A stretch of DNA of 64,000 nucleotides from Octopus sinensis. Its lineage: Eukaryota. Location of the stretch: the NCBI RefSeq assembly GCF_006345805.1, contig NC_043012.1, positions 35,898,001-35,962,000 of the forward strand, read 5' to 3'. Every line of letters begins with the position of its first letter. Position 1 is the first letter of the stretch. A model generated the notes under the pieces. That model made no database searches. It had not been told where the DNA came from and saw only the letters and a list, made by a program, of their open reading frames with translations. A program made the position numbers and the translations under genes. Below, in pieces: positions 52,186 to 64,000 of this stretch.

Positions 52186-53184
52186 AGATAGCAGTGTGAA
52201 TTTGTCACTCGGAAGAGAGCTGTCTTTCTGTTTATTTATTTTATAATTTCTTCCCATCTCATCTCCACCACCACAACCACCGTACACCACCATTGCCAAT
52301 ACCATGCACCAATACACCACCACCACCACCACCATAATCTCTTCCTCCTCTTCCCTCTCCCCATGGTATGGGACAAAGGGAGATGAATAAAAAAAATGGG
52401 GTGCAAATTACAGTTTATTTTCTCTTATTTTGTTTCCACAATTTCATGTCTGTGTGTGGTGGGGGTGGTGGTCTTTGCTTTCTGGTTTTTTTTTTTTGTA
52501 TTTCTATTTATTTTATTTTCATTGTTTCTCTTTTGTTATTTCCCATACTCCGAATTAAGTTTAGAAGACGGATAAAAGACAGGAATGTTCCCAAGAGACC
52601 TGGGAACTGATTCTTTCTTTAACAAACAACTAACTCAAATGTCCTTTCTTTCGATTCGAAAACACCCACAAGAATTGTCTACAGCAGAGTTACACTTGGC
52701 AATATTTGAACTAGAGGTGATGCAGTGGCTTTTATCCATTTGCTTAGTTCATCTCGAAGCAAAACCACTCCCCTCCGCAAAAACCCAACTGCAAAATTAA
52801 ATGATAAATAAGTAAATAATAATAATAATATAATAATAATAATAATAATAATAATATAATAATTATAATAATAATAATAATAATAATAACGATAATAATA
52901 ATAATAATAATAATCCTTTCTGTTATTGGCGCAAAGCCTGAAATTTTTGGGAAGGAATGAGTGAGTCATTTACATCAACCCCAATGTTTATTTGGTATTC
53001 ATTTTATTGCCCCACCATAAAATAAGAGAATGAAAGGCAAAGTTAACTTTGGTGGGATTTGAACTCAGAACTTGAAGAGCCAAAAGAAATGCTACTAAAG
53101 CATTTTGCCCAATGTGCCAATGTGCCAGCTGACCACCTTTTTGATGATGATTATGATGATGACGATGATGATAATAATGACAAT

Positions 53185-53355
53185 AATCATAATCATCGTT
53201 TAACGTCCGCTTTCCATACTAGCATGGGTTGGACGAATGACTGAGGGCTGGCAAACCAGATGGCTGCACCAGGCTTCAATCTTGATCTGGCAGAGTTTCT
53301 ACAGCTGGATGCCCTTCCTAATGCCAACCACTCCGAGAGTGTAGTGGGTGCTTTC
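53185..53355 (-). mobile_element. RTE 3'-tail fragment
   Basis: catcgtttaacgtccgctttccatactagcatgggttggac..ccactccgagagtgtagtggg. Confidence 0.75.
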
Positions 53356-53414
53356 ATTATAATAATAGCAATAGATAAATAAATAAATTAATTTCTGTCG
53401 TAGTAATAATAATG

Positions 53415-53445
<31 letters not shown>

Positions 53446-53769
53446 TGATGATGATGATGATGATAGTTAATAAATAAAATCAAAAGGATTGAAATAAAAG
53501 CGAAGCTTTTTAAATTCCCCCACCATCTAAACCAATTCTTTGTAATCCTACTCTGCCTTAACATAATTCTGAAAACCATTAGAAATGAGAGAAGCAGGAC
53601 TAATATAACTACATATATACATACATACATATATGATATATATATATGTGTGTGTGTGTATATATATATGGATATGGATATATTAAAAGAAGAGAGAGAG
53701 TTAAGCCAGGAGGGTAATTGGTGCCTTTGCTAACCAGCATCAATTGTTCTACCACTCTGCTTTTTCTAG

Positions 53770-53805
53770 GTGGCCACAGAGATCCAAAAGATCTATCAAT
53801 GAAAG
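53770..53805 (+). CDS. PCLO: Candidate 36-nt symmetric cassette exon (GGHRDPKDLSMK) duplicating the PDZ loop motif
   Basis: CTAAC branch-like site at 53730, tttttctag acceptor, AAAG|gtttgt donor identical to the 47771 donor, phase 1-1. Encodes RDPKDLSMKG versus RDPKDKSIKG in the preceding exon. Confidence 0.7.
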
Positions 53806-54323
53806 GTTTGTGTGCTATTTTTATTTATTAATTTCTTTCCCCCTCTCTCTCTCTCTCCCCCTCTCCAATGTTCTTGATCTATCCCCCATCATCGTCAAAC
53901 CGTGAAAGTGCCGCTGTTGCTATATAGTCCCCGCCCCCTGCTAATTCCACGTCCCCTTCTTCTTCTTTGCTCTCTGCAACTGGTTTTCATAACCAGAAGC
54001 GTTATACACTTTATTCTGACCGGGGCATTTTAAGAAACCCCTTAACCCTTTTATTACCACATTTCTCTTGAAGTACACAGTTTGTATTCATTATTTGAAA
54101 ATAATAAATAATTTTAAAAAATTAATTTTGTTATTATTAAGCTGGAATTTGGAACAAACAGTAGTAGGAAATTTCGATAGAAGGCTTTAATTAAGGTCCT
54201 TTTAAAACAGGGAGTTTGTATCAGAGAAGCAGGGGCAGTTTCAAGCAGGTTCATATCAAATGGCTCAAAATGCAGTTAGCAGTTTTGGGGATGGTTTTCA
54301 AAAGCCATATATATATATTATAT

Positions 54324-54365
<42 letters not shown>

Positions 54366-54376
54366 TATATATATAT

Positions 54377-54410
<34 letters not shown>

Positions 54411-56437
54411 CATATATATGTATATATATATATATATATATATGGATATAGATATATAGATATAGATAATTATATATATATAATATAAATATAGATATAA
54501 ATATATAGATGTATGTTTTTATAATGTAAAGGAATTGGGATTTGAAATCTGGGCACCCTGATACAATCCAGATCTGCCTAACCACATCAATTAATAAGGA
54601 ACATTAAGAATCATTTCAGATAAACATTAAACTTTCTAACTTTCTGGGTGCAATCCCATGGTCATTTATGACTGAAGGGGTTTCTATACATACACACATA
54701 CATACATACATACATGCATACATACATACATACATACTACATACATACATACATACATACATACATACATACATACATACATACATACATACAATTCATG
54801 AAAGAATGTGATGTAGTAAAGCTTATCAAAATTTTAAAACTGTACCCACCTTATGTGGCCCATTCACAACAGTGCAATGTATTATTATTCTGATGCATTT
54901 TAATAAAGCTATGGGTGTGTCCCTTCATATTATGGAACAACTTATCAGTTAGGGTCAGGGTTATTATTGGAGGGACAACACATTGTGTGTTTGTTCTGTG
55001 ATGTTTCAGTTATTCTGTGTGCGCCTGTTAACCATATCCTCTGTATGTGTGTGAGGAGTGAGGTTAGTTAGGGTTTGCTTGTATATTTTGTTTTTATAAT
55101 TTCTTAGTGACTTAATCAGAGGTGAGAGGGTATCATCCATGGTTGGTGGAAATAAGGAAATTCATTACCCTCAAACCATAATCCAAGCTTACATCCTTGA
55201 AACAGAGGTAGAGACCAAAAAGTAGCTAAGGAAATGGTATTAGTGTTAAAATGGACAATCCATTAAGTCCTATATCCCACAAACTCCATCTCTCAGATGC
55301 AATTTTTGTGGAGTAAGACTTAATCCTGTCTCCCAGACAGGCTTCCTCACAATTTCCCTCCACCAAATTATGCTTGCAATACTTTGATCAACCCAGTGCT
55401 ATGACAGAAGACACTTCTCCATTGTGCTGTGCAGAAGGATCAAACCTGAAAACATGTATTTGGGAAGAAAAGGTCTTAAGCATGCTTTGTTGGGATGAAA
55501 AACCACCACATGACACACCCTCACCCTGCTGCCCCATATGCAACACTTCCTCACTTCCACATGCTCTACCATTCCTGCACAACATTACTGCCCACTCAAT
55601 TTGTTCCTACTACAGCATTATGCCCTATGCATAACATGCCCTCACACTCATACGACACCCCACAACATCCCTTCACTATCACTCTGTATACCCTACAGTA
55701 ACACTTTGACCCCAGGCTACACTAAACTATAGTAACAAAGAGAAACTGTGGGACCCCAGGCAACTTGTGATGGTATGAAGTGGTACAGAGGAAAGTCACA
55801 AAGCAGAATAAATTATATTTCAATGTAAGGAATGAGCAAAGTGTGCGATTTGGGGGCAGAGACCCTTCAGACGAAGGGCTTGGCCCTCAACATTAGATTT
55901 CTATCCCTTCTCATAGTACAATAATCAGCTCTTATTTTGTGAATGTTTTCAACAAGACATTAGATGGTTGAGAGCATCAGTGTGTTGCTACAGAGTAAAT
56001 AACTAGTCATCTCTCTCTCTCGTGTTGACCATATCTATTGACCACCACACTTATCAACTTGGCCCAAACCAGTACAGCATCACACTGAGCCATTTCTCTA
56101 TCCTATGGAAATTTTAGCTCTCCAAGGATCGACTTAGCTTCTTCTCCCTCTGGGGTTTGATAAAATAAGTACCAGTCATAAACTGTGTGCCCCTGACCAA
56201 TAGCTTTTGTCCTTTTGCCTTCATAATAAACCATTATTGGTCCCTATATCTAAGAATTGAGGATCTCATCGAGGACTTTCCTTTATACAATAGCAAATGT
56301 CTATAACAGCATACTATTATAATCTTCCATAGATGATGCATTAAATTATTAAGGTCATCCATACTTATGTCAGCATGATCTTACAACCTCCCATACATTC
56401 AGTAATGAGTTATTAAGGTCGTCCGTCTTTCTTTGTA

Positions 56438-56688
56438 TTGGGTTGGTGCATAATTATTGCGGAATTTTTTGCAACAAATTTTATTCAACAAAAACAATAA
56501 CAATATTTAATAAAAACATCTTTAAATGACGGCCTGACTTTCTTCCAAGCAAATGGGAAGCTGTAATTGAAGTAGATGGTGAATATGCTCCAGAATAATC
56601 ATTTAAAGATGTTTTTGTTACATGTTGTTGTTTTTGTTGAATAAAATTTGTTGAAAAAAAAAGCCACAATAATTATGCACCAAGCCAA
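56438..56688. mobile_element. Mariner-type foldback MITE
   Basis: TA|ttgggttggtgcataattattg...caataattatgcaccaagccaa|TA with long imperfect arms; loop encodes LPSKWEAVIEVDGEY, like a mariner C-terminus. Confidence 0.85.
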
Positions 56689-57070
56689 TATATAAGTCAT
56701 CACAATTGAGAGGTCAACATTGGGCCATCAGTGACCAAAGCTCAGTTGGAACCCCTCACTTCATCATTGCTCTCTGTGTCTGTCAGACAAATTAAAGCTT
56801 CTCACTATTTGTGCTGCCTGCTTTCTTACCTCCTCCTCTCACTCACCCTATCATCGTCACACTCTCTTACTCCTCCTCCTTCACCTCACTAACACTCTCC
56901 TCTTCCTCCACCTCCTCCTTCCTCTCTTTACACTTATTTTCCCTTTTACCATTTATTGTCTTCTGATATATTTTATAAGTCTTATGAATCTGTTCTTTTC
57001 TTTTTTATGTTTATGTTTGTGTGTGTGACTAATAACATAAATAGATATATACATATGCATACATACATAC

Positions 57071-57112
<42 letters not shown>

Positions 57113-57120
57113 TACATTAT

Positions 57121-57392
57121 ATATAAGGGCTTAGTAAAATAAATTACTTTGCCACATACTGAACTCATTAGAAATAGCAGCTAAAGAAATTTCTTCAGCT
57201 ATTTCTAATACTTAAAGAAGATCTCTCTCAGATAGTGTTTGCCTAAACTAACTCACAAAAGTTAGTTTAGGCAAACACTATCTGAGAGAGATCTTCTTTA
57301 AGTATTAGAAATAGCTGAAGAAATTTCTTTAGCTGCTATTTCTAATGAGTTCAGTATGTGGCAAAGTAATTTATTTTACTAAGCCCTTATAT
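57121..57392. repeat. Perfect inverted repeat: 133-bp arms, 6-nt loop (cacaaa)
   Basis: 57121-57253 is the exact reverse complement of 57260-57392 by manual comparison; imperfect extension to about 57110/57402. Confidence 0.95.
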
Positions 57393-57489
57393 TAATGTAA
57401 TATTTTGAATTCGCCTATAATGGTCCCTTTACATACTGAATACTTGGTGAAATTGATTAATAATTAATTAATTTTACCCTCAATTGTTG

Positions 57490-57534
<45 letters not shown>

Positions 57535-57769
57535 ATATTATATATATATATATATACTTATATATATGTGTGTGTATATATATATATATATGTGTGTGTG
57601 TGTATACATATATATATGTGTGTGTGTATACATATATATGACTGTTAGCTCCTAGGTCTTATGTGCATGTGGTGGAACAGTGAGGTAGAAAGGGCCATAA
57701 AAAAAGAAGGGACAAGTTTGGAAATAGTGGAAAGATGGAGGTTGCAAAGAACCCTACTGAATAGTTACA

Positions 57770-58245
57770 AAAGCAAGAGGTTTATCTAGCAAAATATTCT
57801 TGTCACCATTAGGACAAGAATAAGATGGCGAAATTTCAGAGAGCCAATACCTGTGTTGGCAACAAGAAGCCAGTCGTAACTTTGAGTGAAAGGTAGATTG
57901 TATGATGTTTGTATATGGACAGGTAGTGAGACAAATGCAGAGGACATTGTGAAGGTTGAGCAGGAACGAGGCTAGTGTGCTCTTCGGATGTGCAGTGTTA
58001 GTGTGTTTGTACGACAAAATGCAAATGTATTGAGAGAAAAGTTTGGCATAAGAGGAGTCAGAGTAAGCAGGAGAGGAGACTGTGCTGGTCATGTGATGCT
58101 GGTCATGTGATGAGGACAGTTGTATGAAGAAGTGCCAGACATTTAGAGTGGATGGAATTTGTGGAAGAGAGGGATCCAGGGAGGCATGGGACAAAGTATT
58201 GAAGGCTGATCTCAAGATGCTGGTCCTTACAGAGGAGATAGCATA
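57770..58245 (+). mobile_element. Degenerate RTE LINE ORF-end relic
   Basis: Similar to 13370-13770 (gtgctggtcatgtgatgagg..tgaagaagtgccagac..tggaatttgtggaagag..gcatgggacaaag). Confidence 0.65.
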
Positions 58246-58590
58246 GTCCCTGGTTCAGTCCCATCATGTGGCACGCTGGGCAAGTGTCTTCTACTATAGC
58301 CTTGGAGTGGATTTAGCAGACAGAAACTGAAAGAAGCCTATTGCACATATATGTATCTCTGAGTGTGTGTGTGTCTTTGTGTCTGTGTTTGTCCCCCGCT
58401 ACTGCTTGACAACCAGTGTTGGTGTGTTTATGTCCCTGTAACTTAGTGGTTCAGTTAAAGAGACCGATAGAATAAGCACAGGTTTTACAAAGAAACAATA
58501 AGTACTGGGGTCGATTCATACAACTAAAATTCTTCAAGGCCATGCCCCAGCATGGCCACAGTCTAATGAGAGAAACAAGTAAAAATAAAG
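58245..58590 (+). mobile_element. SINE family A copy
   Basis: ggttcagtcccatcatgtggcac..gaaactgaaagaagcc..ccccagcatggccacagtctaatgag. Confidence 0.7.
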
Positions 58591-59015
58591 ATATGTGTAT
58601 ACACACACACACACACACACCTTCATCAGTACCAATTCAACAGAGTGGAACATTTACTTGGTCCCTAACACCTAATGTTCATCTTCCTGAAACCCTTTGC
58701 TTTTATAATCCTGTTCACTCTAAAAGCAGTACAATAATAAATGGTCAGAATTCCTGTTAGAATCCACAGAAAACCCAAACTGTAGACAAATAAGACAATA
58801 GTCAGGGCAGGAGACAGAATGTTGTTCCTGGAACTGATGGCACCACAAATGAAATATCCTGACTTCCAATTTGTGCTCTTGTTTATGTTTTGTTTTGTAT
58901 TTTTGTTTTGTTTTCCCAATCTCTGCTTTTTGTGATTTATTGTGAATCAGTGGCTTTCAATAATGCCTTGTCCAATGTGTTTTTAATCTGCTGTGGTTTC
59001 TCATTTGTCTGGCAG

Positions 59016-59141
59016 GAAATGGAATTGGGATGAAAATTGTTGGAGGTAAACAGCAAGGACCTGACGAAGAGATGGTGGCATATGTAGCAGCCATTTATCC
59101 TGGAGGTATTGCAGAACAGCTACATGGAGAGCTGGAAGAAG
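59016..59141 (+). CDS. PCLO: Piccolo-like gene, PDZ exon (GNGIGMKIVGGKQQGPDEEMVAYVAAIYPGGIAEQLHGELEEG)
   Basis: ggcag acceptor, G|gtaaga donor, phase 1-1. Close match to the Piccolo PDZ [43 protein letters not shown] (recalled). Confidence 0.92.
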
Positions 59142-59164
59142 GTAAGAACCATTGCAAAACAACA

Positions 59165-60010
59165 ACCATTTTTTGCCTATGGACCCCTAATGATTCTTAA
59201 GGACCCTCATAACCATTTGATATTTTTAAAAATCCCATTACACTTTTATATTTGAATTCTTTAATTAATTTAATTCATCGTTTAACGTTCATTTTCCATG
59301 CTGGCATGGGTTGGATGGTTTGACTGAGGTCTGGGAAGCCAGGCAACTGCACCAGGCCCCATTCTGATCTGGTAGTATTTCTACAGCTTGATGCCCTTCC
59401 TAATGCCAACCACTCTAAGAGTGTAGTGGGTGCTTTTTACATGTCACTGGCACAGGGGCCAGAGGAGCTGACATCGACCATGATCGGATGGTACTTTTTA
59501 CATGCGCCGGCATGGAAGCCAGTCAAAGTGGCACTGGCATCGGTCACGTTCAGATGGTGCTTTTTACGTGCTACTGGCATGGGGGTCACAACTACAATTT
59601 CCATTTGATTTGATGTTGATATATATGACTCAATAGGTCTCCTCAAGCACGGTATGTTGCCCTACAATCCAAGGTGGGCTGGTTATGTGACACTGGTGTA
59701 AGTTACAGCTGTGGACTCACTTTATTTGCCAGTTCTTGTCAGTCACAGCATACCTCCAGCAGTCTCGCTCTTTTGTCATTGCCTCTGTGAGGCCCAACAT
59801 TCAAAGGTCATGCTTCACCACTTCATCCCCTGTCTTCCTGGGTCTCCTTCTACCCTAGATTGCTTCCACTGTTTGGGAGTGGCACTTCTTCACACAGCTC
59901 TAAATATCATTAGGCATTGTATAAAAAAAATTTTAATATTTTGTATATTGTAGAAGTAAAACCAGTATTTTAATAATAAAATCTTATATGGACCCCGGTT
60001 GAGAATCACA
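59165..60010. mobile_element. hAT-type MITE copy split by the RTE fragment
   Basis: caaccattttttgcctatggacccc..gaccctcataaccattt on the left; gaccccggttgagaatcacag on the right. Confidence 0.5.
59268..59895 (-). mobile_element. RTE LINE 3' fragment (ORF end + 3' UTR)
   Basis: Reverse complement matches 13650-14430 (KKCH..RRPRKTGDEVVKHD, cccactacactc..ttaggaagggcatc, ccaacccatgccagcatggaaa). Confidence 0.8.
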
Positions 60011-60349
60011 GTTGTCCTTGTATTTCGATGGTGGGTTATTGTTGTTTAGCAGAGGGACATATCACGTCTGATGAAACAGATGAGGGAACATCACATCCTT
60101 CTCTCTACTATTGTATTCTATCCAGTGTGTCACTCCATTTCCGAGATTTTTTACTATGATTTGAGGGACATTTGGTTGCTATATTTAGAAGATTAAACAA
60201 CCATGTAGCAGGTCTTTTGTTGTTTTTAGTGAAGAACTGATGCTTGGGCACTGACAGACAACAAGGGATAACAGAGCAGGGAGCCCGAGAGTTTTAAAGT
60301 AATTGGCTGCACTGTAGAGTTTAGGACAATTGGAGCTGATGCAAGGAAC

Positions 60350-60700
60350 CATCATCATCATCATCGTTTAACGTCTGCTTTCCATGATAGCATGGGTTGG
60401 ATGAATGACTGAGGACTGGTGAACCAGATGGCTGCACCAGGCTTCAATCTTGATCTGGAAGAGTTTCTACAGCTGGATGCCCTTCCTAACGCCAACCACT
60501 CCAAGAGTGTAGTGGGTGCTTTCACATGCCATCGGAACGGGGGTCAGTCAGGCAGTACTGGCAATGACCTCGCTCGAATCTTTTACACATGCTACTGGCA
60601 CAGGTGCCAGTAAGGCGATGCTGGTAACGATCACGCTCGAATGGTGTCTTTTACGTGCCACCGGCACAGAGGCCAGATAGCCGCTCTGGCAACGATCACC
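60350..60700 (-). mobile_element. RTE 3'-UTR fragment with internal subrepeats
   Basis: catcatcgtttaacgtctgc..gagtgtagtgggtgc..ttttacgtgccaccggcac, reverse complement of 14000-14430. Confidence 0.75.
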
Positions 60701-61935
60701 CTGGCAATGATCCAGGATGTAGTAAATGCTGGAACATATAGCTAGCCTACAAGAATATTTGCAACCACATGTATGATGATATCAGGGGTTGTGTTCTATG
60801 CCTTGACCTGAGTATAGGACAGGGCTCACCTCTTTGAGCTGGGAAATGAATGGAATGTCTGGTGTGTGTCTTGTGACCACTCCTCCAAAAAAAATGAGGA
60901 ATAGGCTTTGGTATATGAAGAAAAATATGTATGATGGTAGAGTGTTGCACATCCAAAGAAGATGGCTCTGCAAATTCTGGCCAAACAAATGATTTGTTTG
61001 ATAATGATCAAATGGTTGTGCTGTGCATTAGCTCACTCTGTCTCCATCAAATCAACGTTGCCTGAACAGATGCACGGTGTACCACATGTCAGGTTTCAAA
61101 GTGATAGCAGAGCAACATGTTTTTGCTCAAGAACTCACTGAACCACCCAGTTCAGGAATTGAAACCACAATCATGAGATCATGAATGCAGCACCCTAACC
61201 ACTAGCCCATGCACCCTCCCAATAATCACATGCATGGCCTGTGGGTTACTGATAGCAGAAATTACTAGGTAACCATGATAGCACTACATGTAGAAATTAT
61301 GACCTTACGTGTTAACTGTAAGGTTCTTAGCAAAGGGCAAAACCCGTTGTGTGGTGTGTTTTTTGTAGTAGAGAGTAAGGATCTCTGTGCCAGCCACATG
61401 TATATTAGTTATGAGTTGCCCATAAGAGGGGGCAAGTGTAAATATTAGGGCAACTCATTTACAGGGTACGTATAGCCTGAAGATAAGGGTATAGACAAGG
61501 GTAACGTGTATGAAAGTATAAGGTTACATTTCAGGGGTGGGGTACGGATGGGGGGGGGGGATAATATTTTGGAAGTTGGTAGGAAAGATAGATTTCCTGA
61601 GGGAAGAATCAATGCAGAAGATGGAAATGATGTGAGCCCACACATCACGTGATGAACATATCAGACATGGAGATGGAAGTGTGTTTTTATATGCGTCTCT
61701 AGTTATACTCTATGCAGATGTGCATGCACAGAATACTCAAAAATATAGTATACATACATACATACATAGATACATACATGTGTGTGTGTGTGTATGTGAG
61801 TATGTGTGTGTGTGTATGTGTGAATTTACACACACACAATCACACATACGCACATAACCTGATGTAACTTTCATGCAGGTATATGTAATCCGGGTTAAGA
61901 CAATCCCATATGTAAATATGTGTGTGGTGTATATA

Positions 61936-61979
<44 letters not shown>

Positions 61980-62370
61980 GGTGTGTGTGTGTGTGTGTGT
62001 TGTGTGTGTGTGTGGTGTGTGTGTGTTGCGTTGTGTGTGTGTGTGTGCGTGTGGTGTGTGTGTGTGTGTGTGCGTGTGTGTGTGTGTGTGTATATATGTG
62101 TGTATAAATGATTTTGTATACAACACAATATCATCATGTATGTAGGTTTGTATAAATATAAGTGTGTGTACATACACACGCCACACACACACACTGATAT
62201 GTATACTTGTGTACATAAAGATAGATACATCTGCATATATAAATACATGCATGCATACACGTGCACGTGTGTGTACATATATATGTACATAGAATGATAG
62301 ACAGACAGACAGACAGTAAGATTGACAGAACGAGGGAAACAAGTTGCAAACACACACACATTTATATGTT

Positions 62371-62408
<38 letters not shown>

Positions 62409-62885
62409 CACTCACTCATGTGTTGTTGGTTAAAGAGTATATAAGTTTAAGTCAGAAATTAATTGTAAACAGATGGAAATGTTTCGCACGATGCATACAA
62501 ATTTAGTGTGTATGCTTCCGTGTGTGATACGTCTGTGAGTGTATAAATATTCATATTATACATGCACACACACACTCACCATCTTCTTCATGTGCATGTT
62601 TATACATATATGTATGCCTGTATGTATGTGTGTCTATACACACACTCACACACACATACATATATAAAAATATATGTTATACTTATACGACACACACCTA
62701 TACATGCACATAGCACATATATATATATCCATATAACACACAATGTATATATTTTATATATATACATATACATCTATATACATGCATGTATGTATTTGTA
62801 TGTACATCTTTCATTGTCTGTCAAGATACACTTTGTATGTACACATGTATCTATGTATGCTTATGTTTATCTCTACCAATATCTA

Positions 62886-62928
<43 letters not shown>

Positions 62929-64000
62929 TATATATATACTTACATCATACATACACACACACATATAAACATGCATGTTTTATAGTATATAGACAGACAG
63001 ATGTATTTCATTGTATTCTGGCGGACACACCTATTTCTTTCTAAGTAGATAGACAGATGTCCCAGTCCTGTGTATACAACCATATATATATAAATGTGTG
63101 TGTGTGCATATATATATGTGTGTGTGTGTATGTGTATGTTACAGTATGTAGATGATGCTATGTGTTGCAGTGTACAAAGGTTTACAAAATTATGCAACGG
63201 ATGTTATTCAAGGCACCGGCCCAACTCCGTTTTTCTGATAATAAGACCTACAAAGGACAACGTTATCCAATCGCAGTTCTTTGTTTTTCTTCTGTGTTTA
63301 TAAGTTGGTTTGTCGAATGTTATATGTTGACAAAATGAATCAAAGCAGATTGGTGGTTGGAGATAATACATATAATCTAACCGATTTGTGTTATACAAGG
63401 AGAGCAGGCGGTGGGGAGGGGGTATATGCTCCACCCACCCCATCCTGAAACAAAGGGAATACAAGCCATTTGTGTATACAGTCATGGAACCCTTAAATTC
63501 AACGATTGCAACAACTTGAAAAATCTTATTTTTATTCAAAATACTGCATTATTTTCTGGCTGTAATGTTTCAACAGCTGTCTTCAGTTCTTGTGTCATGT
63601 CTGCTGCAAAACTTGGCAAGATATCTTTCAAGGAATTTTCTCTATGTTGTTGTTGTTGTTGTTGTTCTGTGGTTCTGTGGCAGTGGGTAGGGGTTGGGAA
63701 GGGGTGGGGTGAGGTGGGGGATTATGTCTGCATGATGTAGCAATGGTTTTGTCTTGGGAGAAGAATGTGCTGCCACAGAATACAAAATGCCAGTTGGCTA
63801 GATTTTGGTAAATGTTAGAGAGATAAGGGTGAAGAAGTATGACATGGTTCTGAAATTAGGGTCAGTGGTAAAAGTTCTTCAAATGTTGCCATTGTGATAA
63901 GAAGGGTCGACGGGGTTGGGCAGGGATGGGCAGGATTGGAGGAGAAGGATAAATAGGAGAATTAAGTAAGTTTTAAAGACACTCATCATTGGCAGGAAGT

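Noticed and set aside
52500-52610. FPILRIKFRRRIKDRNV, loosely like the PDZ beta-A strand; possible alternative exon
   Set aside because: No usable acceptor upstream, only a weak donor, low-complexity context; the true beta-A exon is at 47687-47771.
55862-55905. cagacgaagggcttggccctcaac resembling a Penelope-type hammerhead core (also ctgaggaagcc near 33898)
   Set aside because: The catalytic CUGANGA and GAAA boxes are both broken; at most a dead relic.
1-64000. The many ORFs made of IYIY, CVCV, HTHT, poly-I/D/S/L/Y
   Set aside because: These are translations of di-, tri- and tetranucleotide microsatellites, with no splice or homology support.
59142-64000. Search for the next PDZ exon (expected QVLEWNG-like)
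   Set aside because: Not found; it probably lies beyond the window.

Overview
A microsatellite- and repeat-saturated animal genomic window. The SINE/RTE/microsatellite landscape suggests an Octopus species (inference). It lies inside one large + strand gene. I can thread eight GT-AG exons with consistent phases: 2625-3206, 29101-32090, 35709-36060, 42650-44437, 45442-45563, 47687-47771, an optional 36-nt exon at 53770-53805, and 59016-59141. They encode the middle of a large low-complexity, coiled-coil presynaptic scaffold ending in a Piccolo/RIM-type PDZ N-half (YPFITKRILLTRDPKD...GNGIGMKIVGGK...AYVAAIYPGG). Short motifs resemble vertebrate Piccolo/Bassoon homology boxes (LSPIIDVSP, AKFSPIKEDKDIE), so it is best called Piccolo-like; the start and the end (rest of PDZ, expected C2 domains) are outside the window. 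Most notable: (1) the 36-nt in-frame exon duplicates the RDPKDxSxKG motif inside the PDZ ligand-binding loop; (2) a perfect 133-bp-arm palindrome and several foldback transposon derivatives lie in the introns; (3) the first exon has a 1-nt frameshift. Introns also contain a decayed 5'-truncated RTE LINE with a PHD finger nested in a SINE, R4/Dong-type RLE LINE fragments in TAA tracts, three tRNA-derived SINE families, and mariner-, hAT- and piggyBac-type non-autonomous elements. Repeat boundaries are approximate; family names and homologies come from memory, not from searches.
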